DNA of 64,000 nucleotides from positions 1 through 64,000 of the IMG/VR virus record IMGVR_UViG_3300045918_000470; one strand, written 5' to 3'. Every line of letters starts with the position of its first letter. Position 1 is the first letter of the stretch. Position numbers and translations under genes: made by a program. Source of the stretch: a virus. Of the stretch, positions 50,406 to 59,928 are shown piece after piece. The notes under the pieces are model-generated. The model did not search any database, was not told the DNA's origin, and was given only the letters and a program-made list of their open reading frames with translations.

Positions 50406-51281
50406 ACCAAAGTTTTGATTAAAGTATGCAATACCTTTATCAGCTATAATGTTATCACGCCAATTCTTATCACGACCAGGAACCTCGTCCCATTCCATCT
50501 CAGATAAAACATAACCAGTGGTGTTTAATCTTGCACCTTGAACCATGTTATAAAAATGATTCATACCTTTTGGTGTGCTTGATATAATAATTTGAGAACC
50601 TTCAACAGCAGTTACCGTTGGGAAGACAGAATCCTCAAAATCTTGCCAGATTGTAGGACGGATAAATGCACACTCATCGATATATAACAATTCCAATGTA
50701 AAACCACGAAATGAGTCACCATTAGTAGCACTTGTTAATATACGTACCTTATTTTCAAACTCAACAGTTTTCTTGTTCCATGAATTTACACCTGTCATTA
50801 ACCAAAAAGGTAAATTCACAAATATATTTTTTATTTTATCAAGTACCTCAATCGCCATACCTTGTTTATTAGCTGCGATTCCAATGGTCATTTCATCGCC
50901 TAGATAAAATAATGATTTCCATAAGATGTATGTTGCAACAGTTACAGTCTTTCCTGATTGTCTACCAAATAATACCAAGTTTCTTTTATTATCAAGTAAA
51001 TCACCTTCAAGTCTTGCTTGATAATCACGTGGTTGTGGTCGTGCATAACCTTTATCTGTCAAGATGATACAATAGTTTTCCCTGAAATATTGAAAACTCA
51101 TTGCACATTTAAAAATTTCTTCTGCATGCTCATTTGTTAGATTTAATTTGGTAAATGCGGGTTTGATTGTTCTGATTCCATTGAATGAAACTCTATTACC
51201 AAACGCATCGACGTAATATCCTTCGTGGTCACGTGGAAGTGCCAAACGTGCTACTACATCGTCTATATCGTGTCGTGTCAT
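50304..51281 (-). CDS. gp17: Large terminase N-terminal (ATPase) extein + 33-aa N-intein
   Basis: RQSGKT, LYIDECAF, SSTPKGMNHFY, QNFG then CVGENSII..; AAGGA RBS favours ATG 51281. Confidence 0.9.
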   Translation of the reverse strand: MTRHDIDDVVARLALPRDHEGYYVDAFGNRVSFNGIRTIKPAFTKLNLTNEHAEEIFKCAMSFQYFRENYCIILTDKGYARPQPRDYQARLEGDLLDNKRNLVLFGRQSGKTVTVATYILWKSLFYLGDEMTIGIAANKQGMAIEVLDKIKNIFVNLPFWLMTGVNSWNKKTVEFENKVRILTSATNGDSFRGFTLELLYIDECAFIRPTIWQDFEDSVFPTVTAVEGSQIIISSTPKGMNHFYNMVQGARLNTTGYVLSEMEWDEVPGRDKNWRDNIIADKGIAYFNQNFGCVGENSIINIFDTLTGEYIDITIKDFYERLYNN

Positions 51282-51294
51282 AATAATCCTTTTG

Positions 51295-51302
51295 TATAAA
51301 TA
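51295..51302 (+). promoter_or_regulatory. T4-type late promoter
   Basis: TATAAATA upstream of the portal gene. Confidence 0.6.
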
Positions 51303-51337
51303 ATACAATAACAATTATTTATATTAAAGGAAACTTA

Positions 51338-52909
51338 ATGGGAACTATATACGAGTCGTTGAAAAAGACATTTATTCCCGCACAGAAAGACGATAAAAAT
51401 TTATCTGACTTTGACACTGACCAGCTTGTTGTTGCACGTTCATTCAGTAAAAATTTCTCTGATGAGATATCACCTACAATTGGATTTTTCGATAATACCG
51501 ATAATGTAATGGATAGATCTTCACGTGACCTTATGGCATCATCCCTGGCGGAACAAAAAAGATATATTGAAACATTTCGTGATATTGTAACACATCCTGA
51601 TGTATCAGCAGCAGTATCCGAGATTGTAAATGAAATTGTCTTTACAACAGGTAATGACCAACTTGTAAAAATAAACTTCAGCGATGCAGAAACATCATCA
51701 GCAACTAAAAAAATGCTTACTGAAGCATTTGATGAAATGGTAAAACTTCTTAGATTTGATGCTAATGCATATTCATTGATAAACCAATGGTTTGTTGATG
51801 GACAACTTAATATCCAAACAATCTATGATAATTCAGATATTACACGTGGTATTGTAAAATTAAATGTTCTTACACCTATTGATTTATATTTTGATAAAAC
51901 AAAACAAGAATGGACATATATCATTGAGGAAATTGATTCATTCACCGGTTTCACAACTCAGACAACATCTGAAGTAAAATTTAAGGTTGATGAGGTTTTT
52001 AAAATTGATAGCGGTGTTTATATTGATCCAAGTTTTAAACGCTCACGTAATGGTTCAGAAAAACTTATTTTAAGCGAGTTGCATACAGCAATCAAACCTG
52101 CAAATCAATTGAAAACTGTTGAAGATATGCTTATTCCAATGCGTTTCAGTCGTTCAATATCTAGACGTGTTTTTAACGTTGACGTAGGTGATCTACCACA
52201 TCAAAAAGCGGAAGCGGCGATTGATAAGGTAAAAGCTAATTTCAAATACAAAAAATTCTATGATGTTGAAAAAGGAACTATTAGTAATCAAAATCATGTT
52301 ACAACACTAGTTGAAGATTATTGGTTTCCAAATCGATCAGGTGGTCGTGGAACAACTGTAGATACATTGGATGAAACTGGTAACTTGGGTGAACTGGGTG
52401 ATGTTCTTTACTTTAAGAAAAAATTATACACTGCATTGAAGATACCAATGTCACGTATCAATAATGAGGTAGAAGGAAACAATTCAGAATTTGATTTTAC
52501 AGCAACAAGCATTCAACGTGACGAAGTAAAATTCTTTGCATACGTACAAAGACTACGTAAAAAATTCCTTCAATTATTTGAAGAACTTATGTACAGACAT
52601 CTTCTTGCACAAGGAAAGGTTACTTCAGAAGAATGGAATGAGATATACGATTCATTTGAGTTGTATTTCAGTAAAGAGAACACGTTCCTTCAGAATCTTG
52701 AGAGTGAGATGTTTGGAAAGAAAATTGAAGCATATAACAATATTGCTGACCTTATAGGTAAAATTTTTAGTGTTGAATTCACATTTAAAAACATCCTTAA
52801 GATGAGTGATGATGAAATTACTGAGATGTCTGAACAGATTGAAAAAGAGAAAAAAGATCCAAAATATTCATCATTTTATAAAACTGAAGAAGATTCCGGC
52901 GGATATTAA
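51338..52909 (+). CDS. gp20: Portal protein (gp20)
   Basis: AIKPANQLK..RRVFNVDVGDLP..EDYWFP.R.GGRGT.V.TL..LYTALKIPMSR..RDEVKF. Confidence 0.95.
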   Translation: MGTIYESLKKTFIPAQKDDKNLSDFDTDQLVVARSFSKNFSDEISPTIGFFDNTDNVMDRSSRDLMASSLAEQKRYIETFRDIVTHPDVSAAVSEIVNEIVFTTGNDQLVKINFSDAETSSATKKMLTEAFDEMVKLLRFDANAYSLINQWFVDGQLNIQTIYDNSDITRGIVKLNVLTPIDLYFDKTKQEWTYIIEEIDSFTGFTTQTTSEVKFKVDEVFKIDSGVYIDPSFKRSRNGSEKLILSELHTAIKPANQLKTVEDMLIPMRFSRSISRRVFNVDVGDLPHQKAEAAIDKVKANFKYKKFYDVEKGTISNQNHVTTLVEDYWFPNRSGGRGTTVDTLDETGNLGELGDVLYFKKKLYTALKIPMSRINNEVEGNNSEFDFTATSIQRDEVKFFAYVQRLRKKFLQLFEELMYRHLLAQGKVTSEEWNEIYDSFELYFSKENTFLQNLESEMFGKKIEAYNNIADLIGKIFSVEFTFKNILKMSDDEITEMSEQIEKEKKDPKYSSFYKTEEDSGGY

Positions 52910-52927
52910 CTTCAGTAAATTTTAATC

Positions 52928-52935
52928 TATAAATA
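52928..52935 (+). promoter_or_regulatory. T4-type late promoter
   Basis: TATAAATA. Confidence 0.6.
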
Positions 52936-52962
52936 ACACTGAATAAAAATTAAAGGCATCCA

Positions 52963-53223
52963 ATGGAAGAATTATCTCCCGCAACCCTCGATCAAGCGAA
53001 GAATGGTGAATTTTCAGCTTTCGCAGCGACAGTCAAAAAAGTTCTAGATCAGAAGGTAAAAGCACATCCTTATATTAAGGATAAAAAGTCAGAAATGGAA
53101 GGATATGCACGTATCAAAGATATCTTTGCACAAATCGATTCAGCAAAAAAACCTGAAGAAAAACAAGAACCTGTAAAACCAGAAACAAAAAAAGAAGACA
53201 TCGCATCAATTGATGCAGAATAA
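52963..53223 (+). CDS. Prohead core protein (gp67-like)
   Basis: Small charged ORF between portal and protease. Confidence 0.5.
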   Translation: MEELSPATLDQAKNGEFSAFAATVKKVLDQKVKAHPYIKDKKSEMEGYARIKDIFAQIDSAKKPEEKQEPVKPETKKEDIASIDAE

Positions 53224-53286
53224 TTGTAGTGAGAATTAAATTTTAAATTCTTATCTCAGTACAGCATGTCAAAGAGGAGTAAATCG

Positions 53287-54216
53287 ATGAAACTTATTCT
53301 CGAACAAGCCGTACCATTAGACGGATATTGTGTTGAAGATATTAATGAGGCAAGTGGTTTTAAATCTAAATCATATTATGTCGAAGGTGTATTTTCAACA
53401 GCTAACGTAAGAAATGCCAATAAGCGTATCTATCCAACAAATGTATGGCAAAAACAAGTCCTTGAATATCAATCCGTTCTTAAAGGTTCAGGATTAGAGA
53501 AACTTGGCGAGTGGCAACATCCTCCACGTACAACAGTTGACCCAATGAAAGCAGTTATCAAGATTACTGAGCTTCGTATGGAAGGTGACTTCGTTTACGG
53601 AAAAGCAAAATTACTTGATAATCCTGAGGCAAACAGATTGAAAAATCTTATTGATGAAGGCATCAAAATTGGTATCAGCTCACGTGGTGTAGGATCAGTA
53701 GGACGTGACGGTGTGGTAGAAAGTTTTAAACTTATCACATATGATCTAGTTGATAACCCAAGTAACCCAGGTAGTTACTTAAATGGTATATCAGAGTCAT
53801 TAATTGTTGAAAATGGTGTAGTACAAGATTTTGATTACGAAGTAACAGAATCAGGTGAGATTGAGAAGGTAACAATGTGTAGCGAAAGCGGTTGTTCAAT
53901 TGTCGATAAAACTTTGGTACAGGAAGCAGCAAAAGGCAAATTTAAAGATTTATTCAGTATGTTATCAGAGATAGAATCTAATCCTGAAACAGCAGCAGCA
54001 TCACCTAAATTCTACAAAGTAACACATAAAATTGGTTCAGCGTATGCAAAGAAATTTAATGTTTCGCCAGATGGCAAACGTGCAATGGACAAACTAATGG
54101 TTGCACTTGATGATAATGTGAAAGATCTTAAAGATGACGACAAGGCGACGGCAGTTAATGATATTATATATTCTATAATTGAAGCTGTTAACTTAAAGTT
54201 TAATATTAATAAATAA
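53287..54216 (+). CDS. gp21: Prohead protease (gp21)
   Basis: NANKRIYP, GEWQHP, GISSRGVGS, YDLVDNPS; GAGGAG RBS before 53287. Confidence 0.93.
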   Translation: MKLILEQAVPLDGYCVEDINEASGFKSKSYYVEGVFSTANVRNANKRIYPTNVWQKQVLEYQSVLKGSGLEKLGEWQHPPRTTVDPMKAVIKITELRMEGDFVYGKAKLLDNPEANRLKNLIDEGIKIGISSRGVGSVGRDGVVESFKLITYDLVDNPSNPGSYLNGISESLIVENGVVQDFDYEVTESGEIEKVTMCSESGCSIVDKTLVQEAAKGKFKDLFSMLSEIESNPETAAASPKFYKVTHKIGSAYAKKFNVSPDGKRAMDKLMVALDDNVKDLKDDDKATAVNDIIYSIIEAVNLKFNINK

Positions 54217-54246
54217 TATTGTAATTAATTAAAAGGAAAATAAGAT

Positions 54247-54996
54247 ATGGAAAATATCCTTGCTAAACTTGATGAAGCTGTTTTCACAGACGAGTTGAAG
54301 AAAGAAATTTCTGAATCTTTTACATCAGCAGTAGACACTAAAGTTGAAACACTTGTAGCAGAAAAAATTGTTGAATTGGTAGAAGCTAAAGAAAAAGAAA
54401 TCACAGACAAATTCGTTGCTGAAGCTGCAGAATACAAAGAAAAATTGCTTGAAAATCTTGATGAGTTTTTGAACTTGATCGCTGAAGAGTATATCAAAGA
54501 AAACAAAATCACAATTGAAGAAAGTGTACAGGGTGAAAAACTCGAATCTCTATTGGAAGGTTTCAATGCATTGCTTATCGCAGGTGGTGTAGAATTGAAA
54601 ACTATTTCTGAAAATCTTGATGACACAGAAGCACGTGAAGCAGTTGTAGAAAGTACAGCGCGCATTGATGCACTTGTTGTTGAAAATATGGAATTGAAAA
54701 AACAAAAAGCAGAACTTCTTAAAATGGGCCTAGTTGCTGAAGTAAAAGAAGGTATGAGTGTTGTTCAAAAAGAAAAATTCGACAAACTCGCAAGCGTAGT
54801 TGAATTCGATGCAAGCAATTCTGCAAAATACTTGAAATCACTTGAAGTATTAAAAGAAAGTGTTATTGGTTCAAAAACAGATGACGTACCTGCTGTAACA
54901 GCTGACGTACCTGCAGTATCAGTATCAGAGGCCGTAGAAGCGTTCGCAGGTTCTACATTAGATAAATCAGTTGCAGATTCTGCACGTTTTTTCTAA
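54247..54996 (+). CDS. gp22: Prohead scaffold (gp22)
   Basis: Acidic coiled coil with LDEFLNLIAEEYIKEN; lies between gp21 and gp23. Confidence 0.85.
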   Translation: MENILAKLDEAVFTDELKKEISESFTSAVDTKVETLVAEKIVELVEAKEKEITDKFVAEAAEYKEKLLENLDEFLNLIAEEYIKENKITIEESVQGEKLESLLEGFNALLIAGGVELKTISENLDDTEAREAVVESTARIDALVVENMELKKQKAELLKMGLVAEVKEGMSVVQKEKFDKLASVVEFDASNSAKYLKSLEVLKESVIGSKTDDVPAVTADVPAVSVSEAVEAFAGSTLDKSVADSARFF

Positions 54997-55040
54997 AACA
55001 TAAATAAAACAAATCAATTAATAAAAGGAAACAAGGTAAT

Positions 55041-56366
55041 ATGCAAAACCTAACAGAAAAATTCCAAAAAGAATTGTTGAGCGAAAATTTTTCGTCAATT
55101 AAGAAATCAGACATGAATACTATGGCTGTTATTCTTGAACAACAAGAAAAAGCTATCGAAGCAATGTTGAAAGAAGGGACAGCTGCAGCTGACATCGCAG
55201 GATTTACAAAAATCCTTATGCCTCTTGTACGTCGTGTATATCCTAACTTGATCGCAAACGAAATTGCTGGTGTTCAACCACTTGCAGGTCCAACTGGATT
55301 CATCTATGCAATGACAAGTTCATACACTGGTAACGGTATCAATGGTATCTCTCCAAGTCCTAAAAAACAAATCGTTGTTGTATCTAAAGCAGAAGGTGAC
55401 CTTTTAACAGTTGCTGGAAAAGTTATTTACAAAGAATCAGCAGTAGTAGACGGTGTTGACGTAGTTAAAGTTCTTTGGAACGATGTAACTGCAGTAGCAA
55501 ACGGAACTAACACAATCACTGACGGTACACATACTGCAGTTATTCTTGACACTTACTCAAACGAAGCAACATTTAATCGTGTTCTTAAAGGTTACACAGG
55601 TCCATTCAGTACAGCAGCGGGTGAAAAACTTGGCGAAGATATGAATGAAATCGGATTCGAACTTAAACGTAAATCTGTTGAAGCACAAACTCGTAAATTG
55701 AAAGGTAAATATACTCTTGAGATGTACCAAGATTTGAAATCTCAACACCAATTGAACGCTGATGAAGAACTTATGGGAATCATGAGTTACGAAATGCAAG
55801 CAGAAATTGACCGTGAAATCATCAACAAAGTTAATAACACAGCACGTGTTGCAACAGATGCTGCAATCGGTGGATATGATGGTCGTTGGGAAATCGAAAA
55901 ATATCGTATTCTTGCAATCAAACTTGCTGACGAAGCAGCTAAAATTGGTCGTTTGACTCGTCGTGGTGCTGGTAATACATTACTTGTATCTCCAAAAGTA
56001 TCAGTTGTTCTTGAAGCACTTGGTGGATTCACTGCAAGCGGTGTACAAACAACAGTTGATGGTATGTCTACAGCAGTAGCAGGAACATTCGATGGTCGTT
56101 ACAAAGTTGTTGTTGACACTTTCGCAGAAAACGATTATGCAACTGTATTGTACAAAGGTCAAGATCGTCGTGATTCAGCTGTATTCTTCAGCCCATACGT
56201 TCCAGCAACGTTCCAACGGGTAACACTTCAAGAAAGTGGCCAACCAGCTATCATCTTGTCACAACGTTATGCAATCGACACAACTCCTCTTAACCCAGAG
56301 AACTTCATCAGTACATTCGGTGTAGATTTCACGGCAGCAGCAGGTAAAGTATCTCCACTTCAATAA
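55041..56366 (+). CDS. gp23: Major capsid protein (gp23)
   Basis: LVRRVYPNLIA..GVQPLAGPTG..RKLKGKYTLE..QDLK..EIDREII..FSPYVP. Confidence 0.96.
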   Translation: MQNLTEKFQKELLSENFSSIKKSDMNTMAVILEQQEKAIEAMLKEGTAAADIAGFTKILMPLVRRVYPNLIANEIAGVQPLAGPTGFIYAMTSSYTGNGINGISPSPKKQIVVVSKAEGDLLTVAGKVIYKESAVVDGVDVVKVLWNDVTAVANGTNTITDGTHTAVILDTYSNEATFNRVLKGYTGPFSTAAGEKLGEDMNEIGFELKRKSVEAQTRKLKGKYTLEMYQDLKSQHQLNADEELMGIMSYEMQAEIDREIINKVNNTARVATDAAIGGYDGRWEIEKYRILAIKLADEAAKIGRLTRRGAGNTLLVSPKVSVVLEALGGFTASGVQTTVDGMSTAVAGTFDGRYKVVVDTFAENDYATVLYKGQDRRDSAVFFSPYVPATFQRVTLQESGQPAIILSQRYAIDTTPLNPENFISTFGVDFTAAAGKVSPLQ

Positions 56367-56398
56367 GTGGATGATACCTTAGTGTATCTCTAATACGT

Positions 56399-56433
56399 AG
56401 GTCATTCAATTTTTAATTGAGTGACCTTTTTTT
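56399..56433 (+). terminator. Intrinsic terminator after gp23
   Basis: AGGTCATTCAATT/AATTGAGTGACCT stem followed by a T-run. Confidence 0.85.
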
Positions 56434-56529
56434 ATCTCAAAAATTCTAGGAATTAATGAATGATGTGTTAACAATTATAACATAGTTTTGATTAATTTAA
56501 GTTGAAGGAAAGAAGATACAGTGTGAAAA

Positions 56530-57345
56530 TCACACTGTATATGCGTATGCGTTTGTTAAACCTGATGCACCTATATTTAATTCCATTACTACAATAATTT
56601 CACTAGATGAATAAACAGGTGGTCTGATCCATATAATTTTTGGGTCCCATGTTATAGTTGCATCTAATGTATTAGTTAAAATAAGTTTAATAGTTTTTGA
56701 CCAGAGTGATGTTGAGTTATCATTTGTTGTGAATTCTGGTAATGTCTTAAATGTAAAATTAACTGTTCCAGATAATACATCTTTTATAAGCAATGTGTTT
56801 TTAAGAAAATCAATAATATTATCTTCATCCCAGTCAGTACTCCATGAATCTTTAGACTCAATTACTCCACGAACCGTCATAAATGTACTTGGATACATAC
56901 CTATATATTCTGGTGAAAAATTATAACTTCCACCAGTAAAATTGATACCTCCAAGATTCATATTATTAAAAGTTGTTGCAGAATTCCAGTCTATATCTGT
57001 ATTTGCATAGAGTTTACCATTAAGTGATAATGTTGAGTTAATTATAACTGAGTCTGAAGGATTGAACTCAACAGTTTGTCCCTAAACATAATTTTGAATA
57101 CTTATCTCAGGAACATTACTAGCACTATTCAATCCAGTACCAATAGAGATTTGCCCATCATTTAAATCAATATATGATCCACCATTTGAATTGGTAAGTG
57201 ATGCTAATTCACCTACTTTAAGAGTTTTTAAAAAAGATTTGAATCCATCTATAATCTGGGTATCTGTTAAATTTACAACACTTAATAAATTCTGATCCAT
57301 TTCTTGCCAGGTTAATTGTGCACCTTTAGAAGTTCTTGTTATCAT
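56530..57345 (-). pseudogene. Fibre gene interrupted by a single in-frame TAG at 57082-57084
   Basis: Track ORFs 57082..57345 and 56530..56961 are one frame: SIQNYV*GQTVEFNPSDSV..NNMNLGG; TAG aligns with Tyr in the paralogue (SIENTGYGMSVVFRPSDTV). Confidence 0.7.
57097..57188. repeat. 92-bp exact direct repeat, copy 1 (copy 2 at 59024..59115)
   Basis: aatacttatctcaggaacattact...gatccaccatttg is identical at both sites. Confidence 0.9.
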
Positions 57346-57357
57346 ATTATATCCTTT

Positions 57358-57385
57358 TAATACTTAATACTTAATACTTAATACT
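57358..57385. repeat. Heptamer tandem repeat (TAATACT)x4
   Basis: Seen directly; spans the stop codon of the 680-aa fibre gene. Confidence 0.8.
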
Positions 57386-59413
57386 TCTTTTACCACTCTC
57401 GACGGTAAGGAAATATGTTTTATTAGTTGGGGTACCTGCTGACGCCATACCACCAGTAATTAATACTCTACCAAATGAAAGTAGTAAAGCTCTATGCTCG
57501 AAAAGGTTACTTGGCATGATTATAGGATCACTATATAAAATTGTATTACCAACTATTGTTAAAATATAGGCTTTATTTGATAATCCAGCCATATCCGTAT
57601 TAGATGACCCACCAGTAATTAATACTCTACCATCTAATAGTACTGTTTGTTCATGCCCGAATAAATCCGTCGGAAGTATGTTGCTTTCAACATACGTGAT
57701 CGTCGTTCCAGTAATAGTACCAATATAAGTTTTGTTTGCTGCGCCAGTAGAAGTAAATCCACCAGTAATAAGAATTCGACCATCATGAAGTTGAGAAACT
57801 CTATGATAATATAATGAGCTTGGAAGAGGAGTACTAGTAGTTATAGTCATAGGAGTACCCAACCCATTATACTGAACTATTGCTGTAGTGTTTTGCGGTA
57901 CTGAATTCTTGATACCACCCATAAATAATACTCGATTATCAGCTAATGTGATTTGTGAATACCCTACTGCCCCATTGTTGATCATTGGTAACATCCCACT
58001 TTGACCAGGATTGGGTCCTGACCAATACCCGGCATTGAAAACTGATAAATCAGATCCGGTCCCATTAACTGAACCTTCACCAGATACTAGGAAAGCCTGC
58101 TCTCCGGTGTAATCAGGATGATTTAAAGGAGAAATTTTATAGGGAAGACCTCCATTAGTCATTGAAACATTAATACCAGCATTACTTGTGCTATTAGCAA
58201 ATACATTCCCAGATATCTTGTAGAATTCCCCGACTGCTCCTTGAATCCCAGTAGTATCAAGAGCAAATTCATCAGTTGATAAGAATTGCATAGCGTGATT
58301 AGCATACTCATATGTTAAGTTTGGACCAGCAACAAAAGTAACACTAGCAGTTGTAGCTAAATTAGGAAGGTTAAATGTTGTACTTCCATCACCAGCACCA
58401 TAAGTTGTACTAATAACAGCAAATAAAGCCGAGTACATAGTTCTTGAAATAGCTTGACCATTACATTCTAAGTAACCAGTTGGAATATTATTATATAGAA
58501 CAATTGACCCAACTTCCGAATATGTATTTGATACTACAATATTCTTTAATTGTAAGAATGTTGTTTTCTTATAAGTACTTGTAATTGAATCCCAGATAAG
58601 AAATTCATCTGTATTAGCCAGTATTGTTTTCTCAGTTAATGAATGTATATCTGTGCTACCACCAGAAATAGTAATATCGCCGGCACCAAGAATACTAGTA
58701 CCATTAACAGTTTTAATATTAGTACCAGAAGCTAATGTAGCCTGTTTAGTAGCCAATGATGTACCAAGTAATGATTGAATAAAAGCTGTATTTGCCATTT
58801 GAAAGGAATTATCATTAATTGGTATCGTTTTTTCATAAGAGGCATTTAACCCATTTCCATAATCATAAATTCGTAAAAAATCACAAATATTATTATGAGA
58901 GGAAATATCCCCAAAACCTGACGGTCCTTGAACATTTATACCGAATCCAAAAACACTAGGAGCTTGAAAAACAACAGTATCTGATGGTCGGAATACAACA
59001 CTCATCCCATAGCCAGTATTTTCAATACTTATCTCAGGAACATTACTAGCACTATTCAATCCAGTACCAATAGAGATTTGCCCATCATTTAAATCAATAT
59101 ATGATCCACCATTTGTGTTTAATATAGAGACAATTCCATCTGTTTTGATTAACTGTGTAAATGTTTTCTGACCAGTTACATTTTGAACAGTATCAGTAGT
59201 AACAGCAGAAGTAACAGCAGATGTAACAAAAGCTGTTGTTGCAACCTTTGTTGTATTATCACCTGGTAAAGGTGTTGGTACAACGGGTGATGATGTGAAT
59301 GTCTTAACACCATCAACAGTTTGTGCATCAAATATATTTACAGAACCTGCAAAATTGTCATCAAGTTCATCGTGTGATAATGCAGAACCTTTATTTCTTT
59401 TTAAAGTTATCAT
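57371..59413 (-). CDS. Tail fibre with tail-collar and Kelch-like repeats
   Basis: Shared N-terminal motif; PTGYLECNGQAISRTMYSALF..GDGSTTFNLP; LxDGRxLITGG repeats. Confidence 0.8.
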   Translation of the reverse strand: MITLKRNKGSALSHDELDDNFAGSVNIFDAQTVDGVKTFTSSPVVPTPLPGDNTTKVATTAFVTSAVTSAVTTDTVQNVTGQKTFTQLIKTDGIVSILNTNGGSYIDLNDGQISIGTGLNSASNVPEISIENTGYGMSVVFRPSDTVVFQAPSVFGFGINVQGPSGFGDISSHNNICDFLRIYDYGNGLNASYEKTIPINDNSFQMANTAFIQSLLGTSLATKQATLASGTNIKTVNGTSILGAGDITISGGSTDIHSLTEKTILANTDEFLIWDSITSTYKKTTFLQLKNIVVSNTYSEVGSIVLYNNIPTGYLECNGQAISRTMYSALFAVISTTYGAGDGSTTFNLPNLATTASVTFVAGPNLTYEYANHAMQFLSTDEFALDTTGIQGAVGEFYKISGNVFANSTSNAGINVSMTNGGLPYKISPLNHPDYTGEQAFLVSGEGSVNGTGSDLSVFNAGYWSGPNPGQSGMLPMINNGAVGYSQITLADNRVLFMGGIKNSVPQNTTAIVQYNGLGTPMTITTSTPLPSSLYYHRVSQLHDGRILITGGFTSTGAANKTYIGTITGTTITYVESNILPTDLFGHEQTVLLDGRVLITGGSSNTDMAGLSNKAYILTIVGNTILYSDPIIMPSNLFEHRALLLSFGRVLITGGMASAGTPTNKTYFLTVESGKRSIKY
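59024..59115. repeat. 92-bp exact direct repeat, copy 2
   Basis: Identical to 57097..57188. Confidence 0.9.
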
Positions 59414-59467
59414 TTATTGTCTCCAAAGTTTAACTGTGGTATTTTCTAACATAGTATTCCTTTTTGT

Positions 59468-59924
59468 TTATTTATAGGGATGCATCAGCAAGACCCATCT
59501 ACCTGTACCTACATTAACATCATTTTGAACTAATGTACCATATGTAGTTATAAGTGAAGCTATATTATTATATGTTGATGAAGATCCTCCATAAAATAAA
59601 GAGTTTGTACCAACATCAGCACCTGCAGGTCTTTCCCTTGCGGAGCTTATATAAACCTCAGATTGTTTTAATATCATTAAAGTATCTATTATTGTGAGTG
59701 TGTTGATATTGGGTCAACCAAAGCAACACCTGCATCAAATACTGATTGACCTTCAGTTGCAATAAAATGATATTTTGCAGTACTAACTCCTGATAATGCG
59801 TTATGTATAAATTCAGTAGTTGCTAACTGTAATGAACTATCCCCTGGTAACACAGTAGGTGCGTTGGTATGATAGCAAATGATGCCACATCCGTTACGTG
59901 TAAATCTGTTGTATTAACTGCCAT
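59468..59924 (-). pseudogene. Degraded fibre-like gene
   Basis: MAVNTTDLHVTDVASFAIIP / frameshift / APTVLPGDSSLQLATTEFI..IATEGQSVF..*, then a fragment with SLFYGG. Confidence 0.55.
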
Positions 59925-59928
59925 GTTA

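Noticed and set aside
57082-57084. Genome-wide TAG recoding or an amber suppressor system
   Set aside because: Only one in-frame TAG interrupts an otherwise intact gene, the core genes are intact under the standard code, and no CUA-anticodon tRNA is present in the window.
57097-59115. Diversity-generating retroelement TR/VR pair
   Set aside because: The 92-bp copies are identical with no adenine-specific mismatches, and no reverse transcriptase is seen.
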